Assembly (NCBI RefSeq): GCF_026571515.1
Contig: NW_026865001.1
Span: 1 to 64,000, forward strand
Length of the DNA stretch: 64,000 nt
From: Ruditapes philippinarum
Taxonomy: Eukaryota
Direction: 5' to 3'
How positions within the stretch are numbered: the first letter of the stretch is position 1; every line of letters begins with the position of its first letter. This document shows positions 1 to 10,640 of this stretch, piece after piece. A program made the position numbers and the translations under genes. The notes under the pieces are model-generated. The model saw nothing but the letters and a program-made list of their open reading frames with translations. It made no database searches and had not been told where the DNA came from.

Positions 1-100
1 CCTAAAAAAGTAAAATAACAAGTTTATAAACTTATCCTTTATTAGTAGCATCCCCAAAGATCTAAGCTTTAATTTCTATGAAAATTTTGAAAATATATTT

Positions 101-325
101 GAGCCCCGTCACGACAAAACCAACATAGTGCGTTTGCAACTGGAATGGATCCAGACCAGCCTGCTCGTCCGCTCAGTCTGATCAGGATCCATGCTGTTCC
201 CTATCAATTTCTTTACTTGTAATAGGGTTTGTAAGCGATCCTGATCAGACTGCGTGGATGCGCAGGCTGGTCTGGATCCATGCTGGTCGCAAACGCACCA
301 TGTTGGTTTTGTCGTGACGCGCCTC
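101..325. mobile_element. Foldback MITE (~225 bp) in a BNIP3 intron
   Basis: Long imperfect TIRs: GAGCCCCGTCACGACAAAACCAACATAGTGCGTTTGC...GCAAACGCACCATGTTGGTTTTGTCGTGACGCGCCTC; the inner arms (GGATCCAGACCAGCCTG, CAGTCTGATCAGGATC) are also inverted. Confidence 0.85.
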
Positions 326-1965
326 TTTTGAGTACATGTTTAATAGTGTAAATGTATCCAGCTCAATTGATGCATACTTGTAAAAATATTCAAAAATGTG
401 TTTAATACACGAAAACATATTTCAATTATGATTTTTTTGTTTCCAACTTAATAAATGCAGCCTATAGACCATGTAGGCCATGAATTATTTTGCACTCCTT
501 TTATAATTTTGCACTATCATAACAACGATAAAGGCAATGCCATTCAAGAAACAGTTACTTAAGATCATATTTTTTTAAAAATATGAAAATTTATTCAATA
601 TGAAGCAAACAATACATAGACAATATATGTTTATTGCCTAATAATAAGCCTAAACAAATTTATTGTGTAAAGTGTGATGAAGAAAAATTGAACAAACAAA
701 CAAACAAACAATTTTTACAGTCAAATTATCAATCTTAATCAATATACATCCCGTAATAAGCAGGAAAACACTTAAAATTTCCGTGTATACAAGATTTTCC
801 TGCTAATTTAAGACGGACATGTAATTTTGTAAAAATTCCTGCTTTACAAAATTCCTGCTAAGCAAAATCATATTCCGCCTAAGGCTTAGGCGGAAAATAT
901 GTGATGAACAATAATTTAGACGGGATTTAGGACTTAGAATTTTGTCAATAATTGAATAAGAAATATAAAATATAAAGCTGTTTCACATAATTATGACAAA
1001 GGTTTTCATTTAAGTTCATGACCCAGTTGACCATTATTACCATTACATTATACATATAATTATACAACAGATTACAATGCTTTATTGTAAATAGGACAAA
1101 GGGAAAACTGTGAAGTACAATCATTTATTCAGGTTTGTGACCTCATTTCAAAATTCACTGATCAATATCAATATCAATTTGGGAGAAGCTGTTTTGACCT
1201 TTTGATGACCAAAAGCCATTTTTGAAAAATGTCACTCTATTTTATTTTATTTATGCATATAGACTTTGACTATTTTGTTCAGCGAAAATCTTTAAACTTC
1301 AATTATTTTTAACTTAAACCTGCCAAGATACAGATCTGTGACATTATGTCGAGTGATTGGTACACAATCATGTACTTTGCACTTTTGTTTGAAAAATTAA
1401 GACATATTTTAAACAGCTTAAAATGTGTTAGTATTTATTACACAGATTTGAAACATTGATGTTTCTATACCTATGTTTTACCTACTAATTTCTATAATAT
1501 TCTCTTATATGAGAAATTACACAAACTAAATTAACTTCATGAATGCACTGACATTAAATGTGTTTGCCATCAGTTTTAAGGCAAGCTACCTATCACTATC
1601 AAACAATGTTTGACTTAAAATTTACAATCTTTCAAAATCAGCTGTAAAAATAAGTTTCTAAATTGATGAAAATACAATGTAATGAAAATTGACCACTTTA
1701 AATTGCAGCTGTTGTAAAGGTTGATATCATTTTTTTTAATTATCTGTAATATGAGTTTATCTATAATAACTATAATTAACATGAGTGTCAGTCAGATGAA
1801 TGAATGAAAATATCTAATCTTTACATAAAAGAATATACTTGTTTTTTGTTTTTAATTTTTTTGTTTGTTTGTCCAAAATGATTTCAAATTTTGTATATAG
1901 TCCAGAGTGCTTTCTCAAATATTTGAGCTAGAAATGAACAGATTTTCAAATGAAATGTTCCTAAC

Positions 1966-2005
1966 CTGTGTTACTTCTCCCTCGGTTGGTGTCCTTATTT
2001 TCGGG
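1966..2005 (-). CDS. BNIP3: BNIP3/NIX-like, coding exon 3 (40-nt exon)
   Basis: ttttattttcag acceptor and gttag donor. Phase matches exon 2 (AG|C = Ser) and it reads (S)PKIRTPTEGEVTQ, resembling the SPPRSQTP segment of vertebrate BNIP3. A further acceptor-like tract (ttttacttttttag) ends at base 2, so the next exon may start at the window edge. Confidence 0.75.
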
Positions 2006-3191
2006 CTGAAAATAAAAAAAGTCAATGGATTAAACATACACGCATTTAACATAGACTCTCAGTACATGTAACTATGTAAACTTAAATAAGCATTATTGCT
2101 ATCATCTACTTTCATTACCCCAAAAGCAAAGTGCTGTCACCTGAATTTCTATTTTTGGAATTGTCTATTATCAAATTTTAGGGATATATCAAGATAAAAC
2201 AACAGTATATAAATTATCATGGTCAGACTACACATGTGTGACCCACCCCTGGGCCCCAACACCCCTGCCCCCATGACTCTAAATATGCCTCCCATTTTTA
2301 AAATTATATACCACCAAGATAGATGCATGTATTTGAAATTTTGAGTAAAGTTGGCCCATGCAATGACTATATTTTTTTTATTTCGATACAATCTTAAGAC
2401 TGGACAGCTAATCTTTTATCCAAATTTAGCAGCCGGCAGGTAATTAAACACTCCATACAGACTATCTGTCATCCTTTACAATTATTGGCCAGATAAAAAA
2501 AATGACCCTACTTTGAACCTGTATTAACCTGTCACTGACAGATACATATATACATAAATATACATAAAAACAAAAAAAGCTGAATGCCTCACATACCATA
2601 GATGTACATTTCATACTTTGATATCAATCAAAGTAATTTTCTTCATTTACATTCAGAGCAAAAATATTTTTTGTTATTTTTCTTTTACGAAGAATTTTCA
2701 AGATATATAAAATATAGCCTGGATTGAAGAGATTAAATACAACACACTAGTTCACTATTGGTCAATATGAGTTATTATAACAATTATTAAACAACTGAAA
2801 TTTAAAGACCTTAGATGCCATATAATTTATAGCTTGGCAGGTTTACAGATGTAACCCTTTACCCCATATATACGCGAAACAACGCACTTTCGACCCCCCC
2901 CCTTTTTTTAGGCCTCAAAGAGTGAAAAAATGTCCTATTTGGGCCCAAAACACATGTTTTCATTTGAGAAATGTTGCTAAAAAAATTGAGCACTTTTTCG
3001 GCGCCGCCCCCCATCCAAAAGATACATCAGGGGGTTGCCAGAAGGGGGATGTGCCCCCTTCTGTTAGGGAGGTTTGAAGGGGGGCGGAGTCCCCCTCATC
3101 GCCAAGAAAATTTTGGACTTGTGAGAGGCTAAAAATGACCCCAGGTCGATCATAATGTAACGTGTAACCAACGCTGAAAAGCCTTTCACTC

Positions 3192-3540
3192 TATCTCAAT
3201 CCCTTGAGAAGTTGCAGCACTTTGAAATAAATTTTGATGGAAAAAATCGAGGCAAAATAGTGAATTTGGGCAATTTTGAGATGCCCCCTCGTTGCCATGG
3301 TAACAGGAAATTTAAGACTGAGCATGTCGTTACAAAGGCAATGGTCCAGTCAACATTTGTGCCAAGTTTGATTAGTATTGAAGCATTTTTCATAGTTTCA
3401 TAGCAGTTTGAACTTGTAACAGGAGGCTTTTCAGTGAAAACGGCCATTTTCCACAATATGCTCATGGGGGAAAGGGTTAAAATATTATGTATAGAAAACA
3501 ACAATTAACATCTGAGATGCTACTTCTCATGAATTAAATA
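3192..3540. mobile_element. Probable non-autonomous DNA element
   Basis: Imperfect terminal inverted match TATCTCAATCCCTTGAGAAGTTGCAGC / GATGCTACTTCTCATGAATTAAATA; internal GTTGCCATGGTAAC motif. Confidence 0.45.
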
Positions 3541-3714
3541 ATCTTATAATAATCAAATCTAGAGAGAGGTTGTAAGTAAAACAAATTTATACTGCTGAGA
3601 CAACGCTCAACTTTTTAATTTTTCTTAAAGCAAAAAAAAGGGTTTAAATAAATCTTTAAAAAAAGATTAAAAAAAAATCAAAATAAGGTTTTCCTTTTTT
3701 TATTTTTATAGGTC

Positions 3715-4527
3715 CGTCTAGTCACACTTGTTGTTTTGTCCAAGTATAAATCCTTTCCAAAAGTAAATAACAAAGTTAAGAAAATATAATCAAATTTCAA
3801 GCATTTGACGGTCATATATACATGCAAGGCCATTGAAAAGGTCAGTCATATCTAAATTATTCCACATGTCTGTTTGGTCGCAAGATTTGTTTTGTCCACA
3901 TATGAATTAAATCAGTGCATAAATAACCAAATTACGACAATTTAACTAAAATTCAATAATTTGACCTTGACGGTCAATGTCATTTAATGCTCAAGGTTTA
4001 GGTCAGTTCAACCTTTTAGAAGGTCTTGTTCAAATTGTTGTTTTGTCAAAGTATGAAAATAATCCATTGATTAATTACTAAGTTACATGTGCAGTCAATT
4101 ACAGCAAAAGTCAGTGAAAAATCAATAATTTAACCTTCAGGGTCAAGGTCAAGAAAGAGCCAAGGTTGATTTGGGTTTAATATATACATAAAGGTCTTAT
4201 CCTAAAGAATATTCTGTTATTATATGAAGTCAATCCATTCAATAAGTACATTAAGTTATAGCTAAAAAAAATCAAAAATCAGCCAAAAACAAGCAAAATC
4301 AAGACCATTTGACCTTGAAGGTCAAGGTCATTCATGTATGAAGGTCAATATTAGTCTGGTCTTCTTGAAGGTCTTGTCCAAAGGGTTGTTGTGGCCAAGT
4401 ATGAAAACAATGCACCAAGAACTAAAAAAGTTATGATCCAGGTACAAGTTTGCGGAGGGCAATGGCAAACGCCGCCAGGATTATAACAATACCTCTACTG
4501 TTTTTTTTTAAAAAAGTCAAGCTAACA
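3715..4527. repeat. Helentron/HINE-like element with degenerate internal tandem units
   Basis: Recurring TGACCTTGAAGGTCAAGGTCA and TTGTTGTTTTGTCCAAGTAT units; terminus ATAACAATACCTC...AAAAAAGTCAAGCTAA. Confidence 0.55.
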
Positions 4528-5019
4528 AGAGATTGGCACAATAATTTGTGTTGAAATACTGCCATCATAAACATAAAATACTTGTCTGACAACAATGAAT
4601 ATTCACAAGGGTTGTGATCAATACCATAATTTTCATTTTCTTACATGTATCTGACTACAAATCTCTGCATGGCAATCGTGTCCTTGAGGACGTTTATTAT
4701 ATCTCATAACACAATTAATGCCTGATAATACTGAACATTTGTGCCTCACAGCAATCCCTATACAAATGTAGAAGTTTCAATCTCTAAGTATGACCTTAAC
4801 CTTTGACCTAATGTTGATTACATACATGTCAAGTAGTACTTAGATCCAATCTTGAATAAAGTCTATACATTCTGTTATCTGTGTAGATTGAGAGCGTAAA
4901 GATAAAAGTCAAAATAATTTTACATTTTGCCATGCTTGTTTGTAATTTTATATTTTCATATGTATGCAAAAGTTTTGATGCAATTATTTAAGGATTAATC
5001 AAGATGATAATACTGTTAA

Positions 5020-5449
5020 AGATCCCGTATATTTTGTGATTGATATTGTTACTGTGTGTGTTTCAGTTTGTTTACCCACGCCACCGGAAAGAGACCATGT
5101 ATGTATGTTGAAAGAGACCATCACACTTGCAAAAATTATATATGTATATAATTATGCAAATAAAACAATTTTCGAACATATTGAAGAATATGTAAAATGT
5201 GTACTGCAAATATTTGTGCACATTATATTTAACCAATAAATTACATGCATTCATTTCTTATTGGAAAATTTTGACTTAGAATTTATAGAAAACAAATTTC
5301 TAATTACCTCCCTTTATTTACATTAAGTGTTAAATTGGGTAATATCTTTATAAATAATGTTTATTATACTTACAATATTTACAAATCTTTATTTGAGCAT
5401 CATATTAATAATGAAATAAAAACCATGAAAAAATTGGGTTACAGGATCT
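5020..5449. mobile_element. Non-autonomous TTAA-targeting (Kolobok-like) element; second copy at 53858-54220
   Basis: TTAA|AGATCCCGTA...TACAGGATCT|TTAA; the internal sequence TTAGAATTTATAGA...TCTAATTACCTCCCTTTATT is shared with the copy at 53.9-54.2 kb. Confidence 0.75.
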
Positions 5450-5471
5450 TTAATAACTGTCAACAACATAC

Positions 5472-5661
5472 CTTGTCCTTGTGGAGGTTTCTCTACTATT
5501 TTGTTCACTTTCTCGTTGCGCGTCTTGCAGTAATTTTTCTATATTCAGTGGTGTGTACAGCCCTGATTGTTGGAAATTCTCATTCTTGGGAGACCCTGCT
5601 CCATTACTGGAGTTCTCACTACTCTCATTTTTGTAAACATCCACCCATGACTCTGCAAACT
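5472..5661 (-). CDS. BNIP3: BNIP3/NIX-like, coding exon 2 (LIR and EKLLQDAQRES motif)
   Basis: Reads (E)FAESWVDVYKNESSENSSNGAGSPKNENFQQSGLYTPLNIEKLLQDAQRESEQNSRETSTRT. SWVDV matches the SWVEL LIR and IEKLLQDAQRES matches MEKILLDAQHES of BNIP3/BNIP3L. gtttttcag acceptor and AG|gtatgt donor; alternative in-frame exon start at 5652. Confidence 0.9.
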
Positions 5662-5954
5662 CTGAAAAACATACAGCAACACTGGTAAAACATTTGTATA
5701 CTACAGTAAACTACTACATAGGCACTTGACACACCTAAAAAGCAAATAATTCAGTAATAAAATCAAAGCACAGAAGGCGCTGAACTTGTTTGGGTCTCAG
5801 AATTTAAGAAAGGTACAGGTTGTGAGATTATATGTATAGTGCCACCAATGCTTTCCAGCGTTTTAACGGTAGTAAATTGGCTATAAGACTAATTGCAACA
5901 CTGATATTCAATCCAATGTTTATTTGACTTAAACAATTTGAAAAAAAAATTAGT

Positions 5955-6025
5955 TGCCTTTACTGGGATTTGAACTCCAGACCTCTTGCTTCCTAAGCGA
6001 GCGCGAAAACCCTTCAGCCACGGTG
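5955..6025 (-). repeat. tRNA-derived repeat fragment (related copy at ~14570-14635)
   Basis: Minus strand has A-box-like CGTGGCTGAAGGG and B-box-like GTTCAAATCC, but no convincing cloverleaf. Confidence 0.5.
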
Positions 6026-6605
6026 AATTTATATGTGAACGGCCTGAAGAAAGATTTTGACTACCTATATATGCATACAATGTATATCATATATTTAATT
6101 ATACTATAAATAAAGAATATATAGTGTATATGCGTATATAGATGTCTAGTGCATGTGATTCCAATCTGCTAATTATAAATAGCTGAATCAGGGTCAGCTC
6201 GGCCCTAAAACGCACTCGGTCATCAAATCAGCTCGGCCCTAATTTCCAACTCGGCACGGGTCAACTCGGCTCATATTTATATATTACTGGTATAATGATT
6301 ACTTTTATTACTTTTGATATGTTTTAATCATAACTTTCTTATTTTAACATTTACACAGTAACAGACCTCTACTCAATGATATTGAAAAGTTTCATTGATG
6401 AAAGTACCAATTTGTATGTGAATTTGTAGAGAAAGAAGGACTTTACAATTTATATGCATATTTTGCTACTCCAGATTGTTTGTCAAAAATATCATTAAAA
6501 CAGCATTGGTCGTATTAAAGAACAAATAGCATTAAATACAATTACATTTATTGTCACAAAAATTCAATCTAAAACCTCTATTTATTTATCAATATTTAAC
6601 ATAAT

Positions 6606-7335
6606 CACGGTGCATATCCATATCGGTACCCTCTTTGCGAAATCTGCTGAAACGGTACCCTCTTTGTACATGCACAGGTCATTCTCTGCTCAAAACAAAC
6701 CAGCGATGGATAACAAGCCAGTAAAAATTCATTGTAATAAGGAAAGGAGGTATGACACGTGGAAAAGATGTATACCACGGAACACTAGAATGTTTTATCT
6801 ATGTGCTGATTTGGCATGTGCCCGTTTTTCATGTACTACAACTTCACAATAAGCTACAAAAAATCGACATGTCTTGCTTCGCCCATCACCTCGACATACT
6901 TTTCGGGCTGAAATGAACCTGTGGCTTGATTATATATGCATCATACATATCTAATATATTCATTTACATATCATCTTCGGACAAATGGCAGTATATTGTT
7001 GAAAATAAATGTAAAATTCATAAAAACACCCTACTTTCGGTTTTGCAGCGGCACGGGCTACCTCTCTTCATTTGATTTTTTATATCACAGGTACCCTCTC
7101 ATTTTTTTACACATAGGTACCCTCAAGGCACGACATATGCTTTTATTTGCGTTAATCGTTAAGTTAAGTATGTAATATTTACATAAAAGTAAGAAATATT
7201 ACATACTTAACGATTAACGCAAATAAAAGCATATGTCGTGGTTTGTTTTTAGCAGAGAGTGGCCTGTGCATGTGCAAAGAGTGTACCGTTTCAGCAAATT
7301 TCGCAAAGAGGGTACCGATATGGATATGCACCGTG
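6606..7335. mobile_element. Non-autonomous element with ~100-bp TIRs, CAC...GTG ends and 5-bp TSD (Transib-like)
   Basis: ATAAT|CACGGTGCATATCCATATCGGTACCCTCTTTGCGAAAT...ATTTCGCAAAGAGGGTACCGATATGGATATGCACCGTG|ATAAT. Confidence 0.8.
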
Positions 7336-7498
7336 ATAATTATATTGTCTTGATATCTCTTGTTAACAAAGATAATTTCAAACAATACATACAGGTACAC
7401 TGCCAACTTTTTCAATTTCTGTTTGTAAGTGATCATACTTCTGAATAACTTTATAGTAATTTTCTCCTTAAAATTTTTATTAACTAAACAATTTATAA

Positions 7499-8045
7499 TA
7501 GGGCTGTGCATTGCCATTTTTTTCTGTCACGATACATATCGCGATATTTGTTTTTCAAAACGATGCGATTCACCATATGTATTGCATACTTTGAAGAAAT
7601 GCGATGCATATTGCGATTCTTATGTTGCGATGCGATACGTATCACGATACTGACTTTTATACTAAGCTAGTATATAAAAAATTGGCCATTTGTTTACAGC
7701 ATAATTACGAATATAATATAAAACTATTACAATTACAAAAAAATAAACTCTTAACTTGTTGTTATAACTTGGTTTCCGATTTTGATCTTTTAACAATTTA
7801 CTTTTCTGATTACTTGAGGATTAAAGGTATTTTTAATTAAACCATAACAGCAAATTGAAAGTCAACTGCTGTAAATATGGCAGTTTAACAATTTCAGTCT
7901 TACAATACACCACTAAAGATACATCGGGAGGTGAAATATGTATTGCATCGCAATATATTGGAATTTGTAATTTCATTACGATGCATACATCGGGGACAAG
8001 ACAGATCGCGATGCATCGATGCATCGATGAATCGTTACACCTCTA
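7499..8045. mobile_element. hAT-like MITE with CGAT-rich subterminal motifs
   Basis: TAGGGCTGT...ACACCTCTA ends and clustered CGATAC/CGATGC motifs near both ends; TSD not clean. Confidence 0.6.
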
Positions 8046-8166
8046 TAAACAATCAATATCTTAATAGAGGGCTGAGTTGACCTGTGCCGAGTTGACCCGT
8101 GCCGAGTTGGTATAGGGCCGAGTTGACCCTTTACCTAAATAGCTTTGAATTAAATCAAAACATATC

Positions 8167-8335
8167 CAGTGTCTATTCTAGGAGTGAGGATGTTTTTTTT
8201 TTTGAGAATTCAACCTCTTTTTTCCAGAGGCGGTGGGGGGGGGGGGGTTACAAGAAGGGGAAAAAAATCAACAACTGTAATAAATTCTCAGTTTTCGATA
8301 ACCCCCACAATTTTTGAATCCTAGATAAGACACTG
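8167..8335. mobile_element. Small CAG-ended MITE with 6-bp TSD
   Basis: CATATC|CAGTGTCTATTCTAGGA...TCCTAGATAAGACACTG|CATATC. Confidence 0.7.
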
Positions 8336-8518
8336 CATATCTATCTTCAAATCATTTTAATATATGCCAATAAAATGTCATTAAATGAAAAAAAATCCAT
8401 ATTTTAAAGTGATGGTTAACATCCGGGCGTTTCTTTCACCAATTAAGATCAGATAAGTGTATATATACGGCATGCAGTCATTTCTCCACAAATATATTGG
8501 TTCAAATTTGATGCTTAC

Positions 8519-8558
8519 CGTTTAGGCCCCCTAATTCGTCCTTATTCAACACATTCAT
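8519..8558 (-). CDS. BNIP3: BNIP3/NIX-like, coding exon 1
   Basis: Kozak-like CCACCATG, then MNVLNKDELGGLN and a G|gtaagc phase-1 donor joining exon 2 in frame. A phase-1 intron just before SWVxx also occurs in vertebrate BNIP3 (from memory). Confidence 0.85.
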
Positions 8559-8584
8559 GGTGGATTCAGGAATATACGTCGCAA

Positions 8585-8775
8585 TTTACTGACGTGCTCA
8601 GTGTCTTGTAGTTTGTTATTGTTTTTTATGTTTACATGTAAACGTCACACCCACGTGATGCGTAAAGTCAATAATGATTGGACAGCATAAATTAACGACG
8701 GTTAAATCGTAACTCTTCGCAATTGTCCGCTAATTGGATACTGTCCAAGATATTCCAAATATTGTTTACAGGTTG
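8585..8775 (-). promoter_or_regulatory. BNIP3 proximal promoter/5'UTR motif cluster
   Basis: ACGTG at 8592-8596 (within TGACGTG), palindrome GTTTACATGTAAAC 8630-8643, CACGTG 8652-8657, CCAAT (minus) 8677-8681, TTGTTTAC 8762-8769; locally CpG-rich. Confidence 0.6.
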
Positions 8776-8829
8776 TATACAACTAAATACTTTTCAAGCT
8801 TCAACATTACTAAATTTATCCATTATGTC

Positions 8830-9304
8830 TAGTGATGTTCCGATTGTCGCAAGTCGTCGATAATCAGTTACTGTTATGTAAAACGACAATAATCGATTCA
8901 CAAAAATTTGTTCTGCGAGTCGAAAATGTTCAAAGTATCAAAGGGAATTAATTCTGACGGTAATTTTCTTTTAAGAACACTTCCCGATCGCAAAAAATCA
9001 CTCAGAGACAATTTTGAGTTGAATAGGATCAATAAGTTATGTAAACAATAGTTATATAATGTGATGTGAATGGTATTTTTTGACATCCCTTAAAATTAAA
9101 AAACATTTCGTAAAATTATGACTTTATAAGGTTAAAACTGTGTTGAAAAGTGTTCATGTTACTAAATATAATCATGTGCCTTGGTAATAAAATGTTACTT
9201 CCCTATTTTTTTCTAACGCGACTTTATTCGAAAGTTATCGATTATGTCCCGTCCGACTGAACCGATGATCGATTGGGACAAATTTCATCCGATTTCCATC
9301 ACTA
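8830..9304. mobile_element. hAT-family MITE
   Basis: Perfect 8-bp TSD ATTATGTC (8822-8829, 9305-9312); TAGTGATG...CATCACTA ends; subterminal CGAT motifs. Confidence 0.85.
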
Positions 9305-10315
9305 ATTATGTCTCCGTTTGGTCTGATAAAGGTATCATAGTATTCAACCATATATATTTAACGAATGCTTTTATGACTATGTAAGAATATTTTGAGTGTT
9401 TGACGATTGTTTTTGACAAATATACAGAAAATTACAAGACAGAAAATAGCTTAAGGTCTTCAGCGTACCCATTTATATACTATGACATGCCGCATCAGAT
9501 GAAAAACAAAAATGTTAAAGAGCGGCTTATAAAGTTTTGGAAGCCAGAACTAGACAGAAAATTTCTATGGAGGGTGCAATATTAAAATATTATTTTTACT
9601 GTTAAATTGTAGATCTATAACAAAATAACAGTAATTTTTTTCAATAAATGGATATTTTATTGCATAAATAACAAGGTTTTAAACACATTTTAGGTCAAAT
9701 CAATGCCACTAGCACATTTGGAAGGGTGCAGAGTCAGTTTAGTTTTCCGATAGCGATACATGTCTTCATTTGGAAGACAATAGCAGGCAAGGACAGGACC
9801 TGAACTTGTTGTGTTCTTGGTTCAAGCTTAGTAAATTGCTGCAAATTTGACAAAATGGCGTCAGATCTGGGACGATAATTTCGTCCCATGTCGGAGTCAT
9901 GAAAATTTAAAACACCCACCAGTATTTTCTCCAGGTAGTTAAGTGTTTTTTGTAGGCCTAGATGCTATTTTGATTTTTTAAACTGGTTTGAGAATGCTAA
10001 GAATACTGTAACATATTCACAGGAAATATAATGTCACATGAATTATTTAAATTTGTTATCCATCTATGCATGTGTGTGAATATTCGCAAAATATATACAT
10101 ACATGTATATTTATATTTTATATACATTGTATATGTACTGACTAGCCTATGCAAGAAACATTAAAGCAACAGCTTATCAGCTATATCTTTGGATTATATA
10201 AAATGTTTTCAACACCACATTGCGCTTTCGTTACCCATTTCAAAACTGTATGCTATGACACAATGATAACTTTTCCTAGCCGTGATGCAGTTTCGAACAA
10301 GAGCAAAAGAAGGAA

Positions 10316-10640
10316 GAGCAGTGGCATAGTGGTTAAGGTTTCTGCCTCTCAACCCGTGGGTCACTTATTCGAGCCCTATTCGTGTCACGACCATGTTTCT
10401 TCATGTGACACCAGGGTCCAAGGTTATAAAAAATTATCTAAGCTCAAACTCAGATCTCAGGTATCTGATTGGTCAAAAAACGCCACAGAATGTACACTGA
10501 CCAATGGAAATCATGAGATTTGAGACAGAACTCAGAAAAAAGTTTTATAACCTTGAGGCCAGTACTGGTTCGTTCCAAGAAGCAGACTCGAAAGTGGTAA
10601 CTTTAAGTTCCAAGAACTTGTATCGCAATAGAGCTTAATT
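10316..10640 (+). mobile_element. tRNA-derived SINE, interrupted by a MITE; uninterrupted paralog at ~23397-23575
   Basis: A-box TGGCATAGTGG and B-box-like TTCGAGCCC, followed by a non-tRNA body. Confidence 0.75.
10415..10559. mobile_element. PIF/Harbinger-like MITE, 3-bp TSD
   Basis: CAG|GGTCCAAGGTTATAAAA...TTTTATAACCTTGAGGC|CAG; empty site GACACCAGCACTGG at ~23490. Confidence 0.85.

Larger units (their letters stand above)
6185..8135. mobile_element. MULE/MuDR-like non-autonomous element hosting two nested insertions
   Basis: 9-bp TSD TAAATAGCT at 6176-6184 and 8136-8144; inverted ends made of repeated CAACTCGGC / GCCGAGTTG motifs. Confidence 0.75.

Noticed and set aside
873-895. Palindrome TTCCGCCTAAG-G-CTTAGGCGGAA as a terminator or regulatory hairpin
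   Set aside because: Lies in a eukaryotic intron and is probably part of a degraded repeat (~745-930) whose ends I could not define.
10316-10390. tRNA genes (also ~5955, ~14570, ~23400, ~55680)
   Set aside because: Only A/B-box remnants without a complete cloverleaf; best explained as SINE heads or fragments.
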